From a virus: a DNA stretch of 64,000 nucleotides. The position numbers were made by a program, and so were the translations under genes. Numbering within the stretch: position 1 is the first letter of the stretch; the number at the start of each line of letters is the position of its first letter. The notes beneath the pieces were generated by a model. The model was not told the DNA's origin. It was given only the letters and a program-made list of their open reading frames with translations, and searched no databases. Of the stretch, positions 1 through 7,640 are shown piece after piece. The stretch spans positions 27,892 to 91,891 of the IMG/VR virus record IMGVR_UViG_3300022468_000627; one strand, 5' to 3'.

Positions 1-192
1 TCATCGGACGACACGCTCAACCCGCTCAACCCCATGAGCCCGATCAGCCCCATGAACCCGGCGCGGTTCATCTACGACTCTCCCCCTTGCCGGGCGGCCG
101 CGCCCGAGTGGTCCTGCAGCCGCTCCGACGACAGCTGGTCGTCGTCAAGCGACAGTGGCAGCAGCGACAGCAGCAGCTCCTGCGGAGATTGA
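1..192 (+). CDS. 3' end of an unidentified CDS (last 63 codons, Ser/Asp-rich tail), truncated by the window edge
   Basis: Frame 1 is open from nt 1 to TGA 190-192 with strong G/C third-position bias (..NPLNPMSPISPMNPARFIYDSPP..SSSDSGSSDSSSSCGD*). It is absent from the ORF track because it has no start in the window. A hairpin terminator follows. Confidence 0.4.
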   Translation, partial: SSDDTLNPLNPMSPISPMNPARFIYDSPPCRAAAPEWSCSRSDDSWSSSSDSGSSDSSSSCGD

Positions 193-219
193 AAAAGGGC
201 GGCCACTGGCCGCCCTTTT
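192..219. terminator. Bidirectional intrinsic terminator between the convergent partial CDS and integrase
   Basis: AAAAA-GGGCGGCC-ACT-GGCCGCCC-TTTT: 8-bp GC stem flanked by an A-run and a T-run, immediately after both stop codons (190-192 plus strand, 223-225 minus strand). Confidence 0.65.
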
Positions 220-222
220 CGT

Positions 223-1494
223 TCAGCCCACCAGGGCCAGCGCCGGCTTGTCGTAGAGCACACCGCTCAGCCATGCGTTCCAGCTGTCCATGGCGGCGCG
301 CATCTGCTGGAAATAGTCGGCGCGGTCGTAGTTTTTCGACCCCGTGTCGTTCTTGGCGTGCTGCTGAATCAAATCCCGCGTGAACCGGTCCACGCCGGCA
401 TCGTGGGCGCGAGACTTCCACGTGCGCCTCAGGTCGCGCGGCTGCCACGGCTCCATCTCGTTGCCTTCCTGGGCCAGCCAGCGGCGCACGGCCTGGGACA
501 CGCTGGACAGCGAGATCAGCTCGCCACCAGACCCGGCCCGGGCCGCAAACAGCGGGCCGTCCCCAAACTGGTCTTTGAGGCTCAGCAGGGTCGGCACAAT
601 GACACGCGGCAGCGGGATCTTGTGCGCACGCTTGCGCCCCTTGGTCTTGTGCGCCGGCATGTTCCACACCAGCGCCTCCAGGTCGATCTCGCTGCCCTCA
701 ATCCGCAGCGTTTCGTGCACGCGCTGGCCGCAGGCGATGATCAGCTTGATGCACGCCTCGACCTGCTCGCCAGCGCCCGATCCGCCGCCCGAGAAGGCCT
801 CCCACACCAGCCGCAGCTCGGGCCCGGTCAGGTTGCGGTCGCGCACCGTGGTCGCCTCGGCGTCCTTCGCCACGTCCGCCACCGGGTTGTGCGCGATCCC
901 CCACTCCTGGCGCTCGGCCACCGTGTAGTCGTTTGCCGACTTGAGTGCCCAGGCGAATGCCGCCGACAGGTAGCCGCGCGCCTTGTCGGCGGCGCCACGG
1001 TGCCCGTCCTTGAAGTAGACCGACAGGAACCGGACGATGTCGTCCGGCGTGACGTCAGCCGGCGCCTTGGCGCGGCCGATGAAGTCGGCGGCGTTGTGCT
1101 TCGCCAGCAGCAGCACGCGTTCGACCTCGCCGGCATTGGTGCGCTCCTTGGCCCGCATGGCGGCCACACGCGCCTTGAACATGGCCTCCAGCGTCGGTCG
1201 CACCGCCGTGCTGGGCTTGCGCTCTGCCGCCGGGTCATTGCCGGCCGCCACCGACAAGAACACGTCACGCGCCAGCTGGCGGGCCCGGTCGGGCGGCGCG
1301 TCACTGCAGCGGCACAGCGTCATCTTGCGCTGGGTGCGCGCGGCGTCGCGGGTGCGGTAGCGCAGCACGTAGGTGCGCCGGCCCGAGGGCTGGATGCGCA
1401 CGCCGAAGCCCTCCAGCTCGGAGTCCCAAAGCCAGGTGTCGCCACTGGCGGGGGCGGGTGTGTTTTCTACAAGGGTCTTGTTCAGCTTGGGCAT
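223..1494 (-). CDS. int: Tyrosine recombinase / phage integrase (P4-like)
   Basis: 423-aa ORF. N-terminal arm-type region TWLWDSELEGFGVRIQPSGRRTYVLRYR. C-terminal catalytic-type blocks GQRVHETLRI, RRTWKSRAHDAGV..LIQQHA, SKNYDRADY. Lies next to a tRNA-derived att fragment. Confidence 0.9.
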   Translation of the reverse strand: MPKLNKTLVENTPAPASGDTWLWDSELEGFGVRIQPSGRRTYVLRYRTRDAARTQRKMTLCRCSDAPPDRARQLARDVFLSVAAGNDPAAERKPSTAVRPTLEAMFKARVAAMRAKERTNAGEVERVLLLAKHNAADFIGRAKAPADVTPDDIVRFLSVYFKDGHRGAADKARGYLSAAFAWALKSANDYTVAERQEWGIAHNPVADVAKDAEATTVRDRNLTGPELRLVWEAFSGGGSGAGEQVEACIKLIIACGQRVHETLRIEGSEIDLEALVWNMPAHKTKGRKRAHKIPLPRVIVPTLLSLKDQFGDGPLFAARAGSGGELISLSSVSQAVRRWLAQEGNEMEPWQPRDLRRTWKSRAHDAGVDRFTRDLIQQHAKNDTGSKNYDRADYFQQMRAAMDSWNAWLSGVLYDKPALALVG

Positions 1495-1667
1495 TTTGGG
1501 TCTCTTGGATGGGTGCCTGCCGTTGGCGGCCCGGGCCCATTTCGGGCGCGAACCAGGGTGAGAGGCAGTGAAATTTAAGGGGTGAACGGGATGGACGAAA
1601 TCAGGCTAAGCGGTTGTTATTATGCTCAAAAATGAGCAAGTGTGAACCGCCGTGAAGCCCCCGGATT

Positions 1668-1716
1668 CAGCTTCCCAAGCTGTATGTCGAGGGTTCGATT
1701 CCCTTCGCCCGCTCCA
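1668..1716 (+). other. att core: 3' 49 nt of a tRNA-Gly(CCC) gene (anticodon loop to CCA), not an intact tRNA
   Basis: CAGCTTCCCAAGCTGTATGTCGAGGGTTCGATTCCCTTCGCCCGCTCCA carries the anticodon loop TTCCCAA, T-arm GAGGG-TTCGATT-CCCTT, 3' acceptor strand CGCCCGC, discriminator T and CCA. The 27 nt upstream cannot form the 5' acceptor strand (GCGGGCG expected) or a D-arm. Confidence 0.75.
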
Positions 1717-1933
1717 ACCCACTCCCTAAAAAACGCTGCCGAACCAATGACTTGCACGGCGAAGCCCGGCACGTCAAGCCCAGGGCGCGCCCGGCAGGCG
1801 CCGCCCGGGCGCAGGTCGGACTTGGGCCCGGATCCAGCCCGGGCGCATGTCGCGCCCACGCAACGCTGCGCGGAGCATGATCTTTTTTGGTTATGATGTG
1901 GGTTCGGGGGCCGTCCCCGGATCAGGAGACCAC

Positions 1934-2206
1934 ATGCCAATTCAGATCGGCATCAAGTTCACCGGCAAGTACGCCGGCCACATGGACACGACTACGGGCA
2001 CCTACTGGGAGGTGCTGCCCAAGATCGAGGGCGACGCGCTCTACCTGCAGAGCCGCCTGCTGCAGCCTCGGGCGCAGGTCGGCCAGCGCACCACCGTTGG
2101 CGGGCTGTTGCGCCGCCTGCTGCCGGCCCCGATCGGCCTCGTGAACCTCACCGCTCAACCCATCCCCATCTCCGGTCCCTGGCAGGCGTCGGGACACCAG
2201 AATTGA
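1934..2206 (+). CDS. Hypothetical protein (90 aa)
   Basis: ATG 1934 preceded by CAGGAGACCAC (SD). The track ORF 1847.. has an unlikely N-terminal extension. Good GC3. Confidence 0.6.
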   Translation: MPIQIGIKFTGKYAGHMDTTTGTYWEVLPKIEGDALYLQSRLLQPRAQVGQRTTVGGLLRRLLPAPIGLVNLTAQPIPISGPWQASGHQN

Positions 2207-2209
2207 ACC

Positions 2210-2425
2210 ATGTCGATAGAAGATATTGCCCAAGAACAAGAGGCCCGGATGTGGGAGATCAACAACATGCACCGCAAGCCGCTGCCGCCCCTGGCGAAGC
2301 CCGGTGATGCCCGCTACGGGCCCGAGGAGTGCGACGAGTGCGGGGCCGAAATGCACCAGGTGCGCCGCAGCTACGGGTTCAGGCTGTGCACAGCCTGCCA
2401 GTCCGAGCGCGAGCAAAAGCGCTGA
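2210..2425 (+). CDS. TraR/DksA-family C4 zinc-finger protein
   Basis: 71 aa with CDECGAEM..(16 aa)..CTACQ (CxxC-N17-CxxC), the size and layout typical of phage TraR-like proteins. Confidence 0.75.
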   Translation: MSIEDIAQEQEARMWEINNMHRKPLPPLAKPGDARYGPEECDECGAEMHQVRRSYGFRLCTACQSEREQKR

Positions 2426-2704
2426 TCAGCGCGGCAGCGCGTCCACGAGCTTCTGCTGCCGGTCACGGCACTCGCGGTACATGCGCGCCGCGTTCACCCC
2501 CCAGCGCAGCACGGTGCCCGCCTCGCCGTCGCGCAGCTCAGCGAGCGGCGGGCACGGCTGGCGCAGGTTCGCCGGGATCAGGGGCGACTCCACGGATGGC
2601 GTCGTTGAGTGCCCGCAGGCCGTCATTATCAAGGCACACACTGCGATACACAGGCTTCTCGACAATGCGGTCCACGGTCTCGGTGATGGTCTGGTACACG
2701 ACAC
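2426..2704 (-). CDS. o-spanin (Rz1-like outer-membrane lipoprotein), overlapping the i-spanin gene out of frame
   Basis: Signal-like LCIAVCALIMTAC lipobox followed by a Pro-rich mature part. Overlaps the 3' part of 2538..2897 in another frame and extends past it. Start codon uncertain. Confidence 0.6.
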   Translation of the reverse strand: MSCTRPSPRPWTALSRSLCIAVCALIMTACGHSTTPSVESPLIPANLRQPCPPLAELRDGEAGTVLRWGVNAARMYRECRDRQQKLVDALPR

Positions 2705-2897
2705 GCTCGCGCTCCTTGAACTGTTCGTGGCCGACGGCGGCCGTGTCCGCCACCTTGGCGTCGTTGCGGCGCTTCTCGGCCTCGGCCTCGATCCGCTCCT
2801 TGTCGCGAGCGGCGTAGCGCCAGTCCTGGGTCTTCCAGGCGCCTCCAGCCGCCAGGGCGGCGGCGAGCAACGCGGCGGCGACGTGCGTCCAGATCAT
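2538..2897 (-). CDS. i-spanin (Rz-like)
   Basis: 119 aa with N-terminal TM segment (VAAALLAAALAAGGAW) then a charged coiled-coil-like region. ATGA overlap with the endolysin stop. Confidence 0.65.
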   Translation of the reverse strand: MIWTHVAAALLAAALAAGGAWKTQDWRYAARDKERIEAEAEKRRNDAKVADTAAVGHEQFKERERVVYQTITETVDRIVEKPVYRSVCLDNDGLRALNDAIRGVAPDPGEPAPAVPAAR

Positions 2898-3517
2898 GCC
2901 GCGATCGCCTTGGCGGCCCGGGAGGACAGCTTGGCTCGGTCATCGAGGCCGGCCGTGCCGCCGTTCACCAGCTTGGTGACACGAACCACGTCACCCATGG
3001 CCGAGTCGGGGATGCGGCGCTCCCACCAAGCCACGCTGGCTCGCAGCGCCACAGCGGGCCGCAGCAGCTGGTCGGGGTCGCGCACCAGATCCATGCCCAG
3101 GGCCTGCCCCACGGCGGCGTAGTTGTCGCGGCCCGTGACCTGCACGAGGCCACGGCCACGGAATTTCCAGCCATCGCCGGCATCGACGTTGCCCATGCGC
3201 CCGGCGTACACCCGGTTGGCCAACCCTTCGGGGTTGCGCACGTAGGGCGCCGCATCAGCCACGGTCGGGAAGCGCTTCGGCCAGACATCGCAGAGGCGCT
3301 GGGCCGTCGAATAGCTCAGCCCCTCCTCCAAGCGCTCCAGCATGCCGCTTTCGTGCAGCACCTGGCCCAAAAAGTCGTCCAGCTCGCTGTCCCCAGCCGA
3401 GAACGTGCCGGGCCCGACCTCGACGGCGAACACACCAGCCCAGCGCACCGCCGTGGCCGGCTTCACGCCGCAGGCAATCAGAATTTCAGCCCACTTCGGG
3501 GCTGTGCGGGTGATCAT
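2894..3517 (-). CDS. Endolysin, glycoside hydrolase family 19 (chitinase-like) type
   Basis: LGQVLHESG..LEE..YS, GNVDAGDGWKFRGRGLVQVTGRDNY, VTKLVNGG match the GH19 catalytic blocks. Sits between holin-like genes and spanins. Confidence 0.85.
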   Translation of the reverse strand: MITRTAPKWAEILIACGVKPATAVRWAGVFAVEVGPGTFSAGDSELDDFLGQVLHESGMLERLEEGLSYSTAQRLCDVWPKRFPTVADAAPYVRNPEGLANRVYAGRMGNVDAGDGWKFRGRGLVQVTGRDNYAAVGQALGMDLVRDPDQLLRPAVALRASVAWWERRIPDSAMGDVVRVTKLVNGGTAGLDDRAKLSSRAAKAIAA

Positions 3518-3791
3518 TTTGGAAGCTCCCTGGCACGCCCGACCGCCAATACCGGCTGGTCGCGGCTTGAACCGCTGTCACTGCGGCGAGTAGCCCGATG
3601 GTGTCCCAGGAGGGTTGCCAGCCGGGCAGAACGAGAGGTGCGAACAGGCAGAAAATCGAGGCGACGGTCAGCGCGTAGAACGCCATGATCACCGTCTTGC
3701 GGGTGTTGTGATCGGTCTTCACCGACCGGCAGAACTGGCTGTAGAGCAGGGCCAGCGACAGGATCAGGTGAAGGGCGGTGAGGCTGCTCAT
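3486..3791 (-). CDS. Small membrane protein (second holin or antiholin candidate)
   Basis: 101 aa with 2-3 hydrophobic helices (LTALHLILSLALLY, VIMAFYALTVASIFCLFAPLVL). ATG 3791 overlaps the upstream stop as ATGA. The 3' end overlaps the endolysin start by 32 nt. Confidence 0.5.
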   Translation of the reverse strand: MSSLTALHLILSLALLYSQFCRSVKTDHNTRKTVIMAFYALTVASIFCLFAPLVLPGWQPSWDTIGLLAAVTAVQAATSRYWRSGVPGSFQNDHPHSPEVG

Positions 3792-4177
3792 TGCGGCTCC
3801 TTGGGGGCGCCAGCACTGATGCCCCGGGCCATCGCCGCCAGCCCCTGGCGCAAAGCAGACAGCACCGGAGCCCAGCCATTGCCGAGCGCGCCGATGAAAA
3901 ACGCGACCACGGCCATGCCTTGGACTGCGGGGAACCCGTACTCTTTCTCCAGGTACCAGGCGGCCGAAGTCGTCAGAACGACAGCCGTGGACACGATGCG
4001 AGCGAGGAAGAAGGCCCCGGAGGCTCGGGTGGTGGTCGGCATCACCGACAGGGGCCACATCGCCCCGATCAGTGCGCACATGACGATAACCGCGTAGGGC
4101 CCGAAGAAGGGTCCAAGCAACGTGGTCAAGAAAATGGTGAGCGTGATCCCACCAGCGGTCGACGTTGGTTCAGCCAT
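3788..4177 (-). CDS. Holin-like membrane protein (about 4 TM)
   Basis: 129 aa and strongly hydrophobic (ITLTIFLTTLLGPFFGPYAVIVMCALIGAMW, FFLARIVSTAVVLTTSAAW, MAVVAFFIGALGNGW). First gene of the lysis cassette. Confidence 0.6.
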   Translation of the reverse strand: MAEPTSTAGGITLTIFLTTLLGPFFGPYAVIVMCALIGAMWPLSVMPTTTRASGAFFLARIVSTAVVLTTSAAWYLEKEYGFPAVQGMAVVAFFIGALGNGWAPVLSALRQGLAAMARGISAGAPKEPQ

Positions 4178-4183
4178 GGTGGG

Positions 4184-4199
4184 ATTCTGCGGTCACGAC
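4184..4199 (-). promoter_or_regulatory. Conserved late-promoter-like motif (copy a)
   Basis: Minus strand GTCGTGAC CG CAGAAT, then 6 nt (CCCACC), then ATG of the holin-like gene. Confidence 0.5.
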
Positions 4200-4209
4200 G
4201 CCGACGAAG

Positions 4210-4764
4210 TCAGGTCTTGATCAGGTAGTTCAACACCAGCGTGGGCTGGGTGTTGTTGTGCGCGCCGCCGCCGCCCTGGCTGGCCGTGGTGGGCGTCGCG
4301 CCGGCCGCCGAGCCCGAGCTGCGCAAGTCGTTGGAGCCCGACCCGGCCGAGGCCGTGGCGCCGCTGATGGCGTGGCTGTGCGCGGGCGTCTGGGCTAGGG
4401 TCAGCGTGTGGGTTTCCGCACCGCCGTTGGCGCCCAGCGTGGCCCCATCCACGCCGCTGCCCGCCGTGGTCAGCCGCGACGCAGCCGAGCCGCCCATGTT
4501 GTCCTTGCCGCCAGGCACGCGGCCGCGCAGGTCGGGCAGGTTGAAGGTGGTCGAGCCGTCGCCGGTGCCATAGGCCGTGCTGATGGCCGCGAACAGCGCC
4601 GCGTAGGTCGTGCGGCTCACCGCTTGGCCATAGCACAGCAGCCAGCCGGTGGGTGCAGTGGAGCCCGCATAGGGCAGAACGACGCCGGCCGGGGCGCCAC
4701 CGAAAGACGGGTTGATGGTGCCGGCGGCGCCGAACAGCGCCCCCAGCTTACTTGCCAGGCTCAT
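4210..4764 (-). CDS. Tail-collar-domain fibre protein
   Basis: VVLPYAGSTAPTGWLLCYGQAVSRTTYAALFAAISTAYGTGDGSTTFNLPDLRGRVP is the classic phage tail-collar signature. ATG 4764 overlaps the upstream stop (ATGA). The track ORF is 5'-extended. Confidence 0.8.
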   Translation of the reverse strand: MSLASKLGALFGAAGTINPSFGGAPAGVVLPYAGSTAPTGWLLCYGQAVSRTTYAALFAAISTAYGTGDGSTTFNLPDLRGRVPGGKDNMGGSAASRLTTAGSGVDGATLGANGGAETHTLTLAQTPAHSHAISGATASAGSGSNDLRSSGSAAGATPTTASQGGGGAHNNTQPTLVLNYLIKT

Positions 4765-5363
4765 ACACCTCCCTTGAAAGAGCGAAACGGATTGATGTGG
4801 GTCGAAATGCCGACGCGGGAGCCCATCACCTCGGCGTTGCCGAGCTTCCAGCCCAGGTACAGGCGGACGTAGCGCGTGCTGGTGAAAAACAGCTGCGCCC
4901 GCAGCATGAAGGCCGAGCCGCCGCCCTTGGCGGTGTCGATGCGCAGCTGCCAGTTGGTCGCGCCGCTGTCCCACGAGCCCGAGCCCCAGGACCGGGTCGA
5001 GAACCCGAACCCGCGCTCAAAGCCCAGGAGGTAGTAGCTCAGGCCATAGGCCGGGTTGCGGATGAGCCACCAGAAGCGCAGGCGGTACTGGGCCCAGCGC
5101 GAACCCGATCGGGCTTTGTCGGCCAGGCCTGCTGGCGTCTTGGCGTCGTACTGCCCCGTGAACCAGCCGGCATCGACGCCATCGTCCCAGGTGCTGAACA
5201 GCTGCAGCCAGCCCCAGAGGTACTGGCGCGGGCCCGGCGCCACGCACCACCGGCTGCTGTCGCGCGTGACCGCGCACAGCGCCAGCAACGGGCTCAGCAG
5301 CCAGGTGATGACGTTGAAAGCGAGCTGCAGGACGAACAGCAGCGGGTAGATCAGGAATCGCAC
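4761..5363 (-). CDS. Hypothetical membrane-anchored protein
   Basis: 200 aa with N-terminal hydrophobic segment MRFLIYPLLFVLQLAFNVITWLLSPLLALCAV. Trp/Gly-rich remainder. Tightly packed in the operon. Confidence 0.6.
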   Translation of the reverse strand: MRFLIYPLLFVLQLAFNVITWLLSPLLALCAVTRDSSRWCVAPGPRQYLWGWLQLFSTWDDGVDAGWFTGQYDAKTPAGLADKARSGSRWAQYRLRFWWLIRNPAYGLSYYLLGFERGFGFSTRSWGSGSWDSGATNWQLRIDTAKGGGSAFMLRAQLFFTSTRYVRLYLGWKLGNAEVMGSRVGISTHINPFRSFKGGV

Positions 5364-5367
5364 ATCG

Positions 5368-5808
5368 TCAGGCGGCCTGTTGCCAGGGCGCCCCCAGGAT
5401 GAATTGAACAGTGTCCGCCAGCGTGCGGGGGCTGTAGGTCGTGGGGTTGGGCAGGCCCAGGGCCGCCGCGCACCATTCCGAGCAAAAGGCCGCGCCGGGC
5501 TCGTCGTCGGCGGTGTTGAGCACCTGAGACCGCAGCAGGTCGAACCAGCCGTAAGCCTGTCCCTGCGTCAGGGCGAAGTGCTGCAGGACGCGCAGCACCA
5601 GGTGGTCCGGCAGGACGATGAAGTCCCAGTGCTCAGGGTCCAACTCGACCAGCTTGCGGCGCACGCCGCCGTCACGCAGAGACGACGAATGGCACCAGCC
5701 GTCCACCACCAGCTCGCAGTGGCTGTACTGCGAGCGCGTCCACCAACGGATGACGGCGTTGCCGACCAGACCCGGGGCCTTGTAGAGCGCGAGCTGTACG
5801 CGAGCCAT
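5368..5808 (-). CDS. Putative permuted papain-like (YiiX/C92-type) cysteine peptidase/amidase
   Basis: QYSHCELVVDG..DGGVR, GQAYGWFDLL and FCSEWCAAALG resemble the His, Tyr-Asp and Cys-Ser-Glu blocks of the permuted NlpC/P60-like fold (judged from memory). Confidence 0.5.
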   Translation of the reverse strand: MARVQLALYKAPGLVGNAVIRWWTRSQYSHCELVVDGWCHSSSLRDGGVRRKLVELDPEHWDFIVLPDHLVLRVLQHFALTQGQAYGWFDLLRSQVLNTADDEPGAAFCSEWCAAALGLPNPTTYSPRTLADTVQFILGAPWQQAA

Positions 5809-5814
5809 ACACCA

Positions 5815-6291
5815 TCAGCTGAAATACAGCCGGCGCAGCGCCAGGTTCTCGGTCTCGGCCACGGGAGTGGTCAGGATCGCAGCCTGTAGCTCGGCGGTGA
5901 CCGCCGACACCTTGGTGCCGACGTAGGCAACTGACTGCGCCACCTCGGGCAGTTGCAGGTCGATCCACTTGCGGATCTGAGCGTCCTTGATGATCGCCTG
6001 CACGCCAGCGTCGGCGCTCGTGAGCACGGCCATCTTCGCGGTGCCGAAGCGATCGAAAAACGGGCCGATGTCGATGTACCAAGCCCAGGCGGGTGCCGGT
6101 GCGGGCGCGGCGGGCTCAGGCTCGGGCACGGCCGGTGCCACGAACTGCGTGCCATCCCAGCCCCAGCCGATACCCACGCCAGGCGCGGCCGGCTCGACGC
6201 GGTCCCACTGCCCGGCGATGGCGGCCGCAAAAGCCGCGTCGGCCACGATGACGTTCTCGACCTTGCCGGCCTTGATCAGTGCGATGTCCAT
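5815..6291 (-). CDS. Hypothetical protein (fibre-assembly region)
   Basis: 158-aa ORF with good GC3 and a Pro/Ala linker in the middle. Placed by position only. Confidence 0.55.
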   Translation of the reverse strand: MDIALIKAGKVENVIVADAAFAAAIAGQWDRVEPAAPGVGIGWGWDGTQFVAPAVPEPEPAAPAPAPAWAWYIDIGPFFDRFGTAKMAVLTSADAGVQAIIKDAQIRKWIDLQLPEVAQSVAYVGTKVSAVTAELQAAILTTPVAETENLALRRLYFS

Positions 6292-6300
6292 GATGCTCCC

Positions 6301-7140
6301 TTACTCGTACCACCAGACGAGGCAGTAACCAGATCCGCCAGCGCCGCCGGCAGACGTGCCATTGGTGGTGCTCGACGCGCCTCCACCGCCGCCGCCGCCT
6401 TTGTTGGCGGCGCCTGCCATGCCGGCGGTGCTGCTGAAGCCGCTTGCGCCACCGCCAGCTGATGCGGGGACGCTGTACGTCGAGCCCTGTCCAGTTCCGC
6501 CTGCGCCGCCGCCGCAAAATCCGTCGATGCCAATGCCGGGGATGGACATTCGCGCCGTTTGATTGAATGCGTTGCCACCAGCGCCGCCACCGCCGCCGCC
6601 TACATAGGGATTGGCGATAGTATTGGTAGCGTCGGTGTAGAAGTTCGGAATTGCACCGGCGCCTCCGAGGGAGCCCGCCCCGCCGAGCTGGTTGAAGCCG
6701 GAAAATCCGCTCCCGCCTCCGCAAGCACCATTTCCACCCGTGGTCGCCATACCTCCGCCACCGTAGCCACCGCCAGGGGATGTCAGGAGCGAACCGAAAG
6801 TCGATGCGCCACCGGCAGTTCCGTTTGCACCGGCCGTAGTGCTATTGAATGCGCCTCCGCTTCCACCTGCGCCAATGGTCACTGCCACCGGCCCGGTCAC
6901 AGTGACTGGCTGCACCACAGGGAAACTGCCGCCCCCACCGCCGCCAGGACCGCCGTAGGTGCCAGTGCTTCCACCGCCACCACCACCGCAGCCGCCGCCG
7001 ACCAGCCGGACCCACACCTGCCCACCAGCCTTCAACAGCCCATCGCTCGGCACGAACGTGCCCGAGGCCAGGAACTCCTGGTAGCGCAGCTTGCCGCCGC
7101 CGCTACCGCCCACGTTGGGCACAAAAGGATTGTTGGCCAT
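6301..7140 (-). CDS. Glycine-rich fibre-like protein
   Basis: 279 aa with long GGxGG tracts and a C-terminal YCLVWWYE. ATG 7140 overlaps the upstream TAA (TAATG). Confidence 0.6.
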   Translation of the reverse strand: MANNPFVPNVGGSGGGKLRYQEFLASGTFVPSDGLLKAGGQVWVRLVGGGCGGGGGGSTGTYGGPGGGGGGSFPVVQPVTVTGPVAVTIGAGGSGGAFNSTTAGANGTAGGASTFGSLLTSPGGGYGGGGMATTGGNGACGGGSGFSGFNQLGGAGSLGGAGAIPNFYTDATNTIANPYVGGGGGGAGGNAFNQTARMSIPGIGIDGFCGGGAGGTGQGSTYSVPASAGGGASGFSSTAGMAGAANKGGGGGGGASSTTNGTSAGGAGGSGYCLVWWYE

Positions 7141-7631
7141 TACGCGAAGTCCCCCCCACCCAGCATGTTGACGGCCAGCGCGCAGTTGGTGCCGCCGACG
7201 GCCGTCGCCAGGCCGGCATAGATGCGGTAGCCAGCGGGCACCGACAGCAGGCCGAAATCGAAGTCAGCGGGCTGCGTCAGCGCGGCCACGGCAGACATAG
7301 TGGCGGAAGGCACACTCACCTCGCCCAGCAGGATGTTGTTGGCCGCCGTGGTGTTGACGCTGCCGTTGTTGGCCCAGATGCGGATCACGGTGGCGTTGGT
7401 CGCGCCGGATGGTGCCGCGCCGTTGGTGCCGGCGTAGCGCACGCGCAACTTGGGCAGCTGCGAGCCGGCAGCGCCGGCCGTGAAGATCAGCGCCATGGAC
7501 GTGCCAACCGCCTCGGTGCCGTCGTAGGCCTTGGTGCTGGTCATGGCCGTGGAAAGCAGCGCGTTGAGCGCTGCGCCCGCGTTCAGCTGCGTGGGCGCCG
7601 GGCCCTGGTTGAAAACGGTGATTGCTGCCAT
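7140..7631 (-). CDS. Hypothetical tail-fibre-associated protein
   Basis: 163-aa ORF immediately downstream of the fibre gene, with consistent GC3. Confidence 0.6.
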   Translation of the reverse strand: MAAITVFNQGPAPTQLNAGAALNALLSTAMTSTKAYDGTEAVGTSMALIFTAGAAGSQLPKLRVRYAGTNGAAPSGATNATVIRIWANNGSVNTTAANNILLGEVSVPSATMSAVAALTQPADFDFGLLSVPAGYRIYAGLATAVGGTNCALAVNMLGGGDFA

Positions 7632-7640
7632 CGTGGCTCC

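Noticed and set aside
1641-1716. Intact tRNA-Gly gene
   Set aside because: Only the 3' 49 nt match a tRNA. The expected 5' acceptor strand (GCGGGCG) and D-arm are absent, so it is called an att fragment.
1876-1900. Sigma70 promoter upstream of gene 1934 (TGGTTATGAT)
   Set aside because: The -10-like TATGAT has no acceptable -35 at 16-18 nt, which is too weak to call.
2419-2432. Perfect 14-nt palindrome GCGCTGATCAGCGC containing both convergent stop codons (TraR-like gene and o-spanin), considered as a terminator
   Set aside because: It allows only a 5-bp stem and has no U-tract on either strand. It is probably incidental to the back-to-back TGA/TCA stops.
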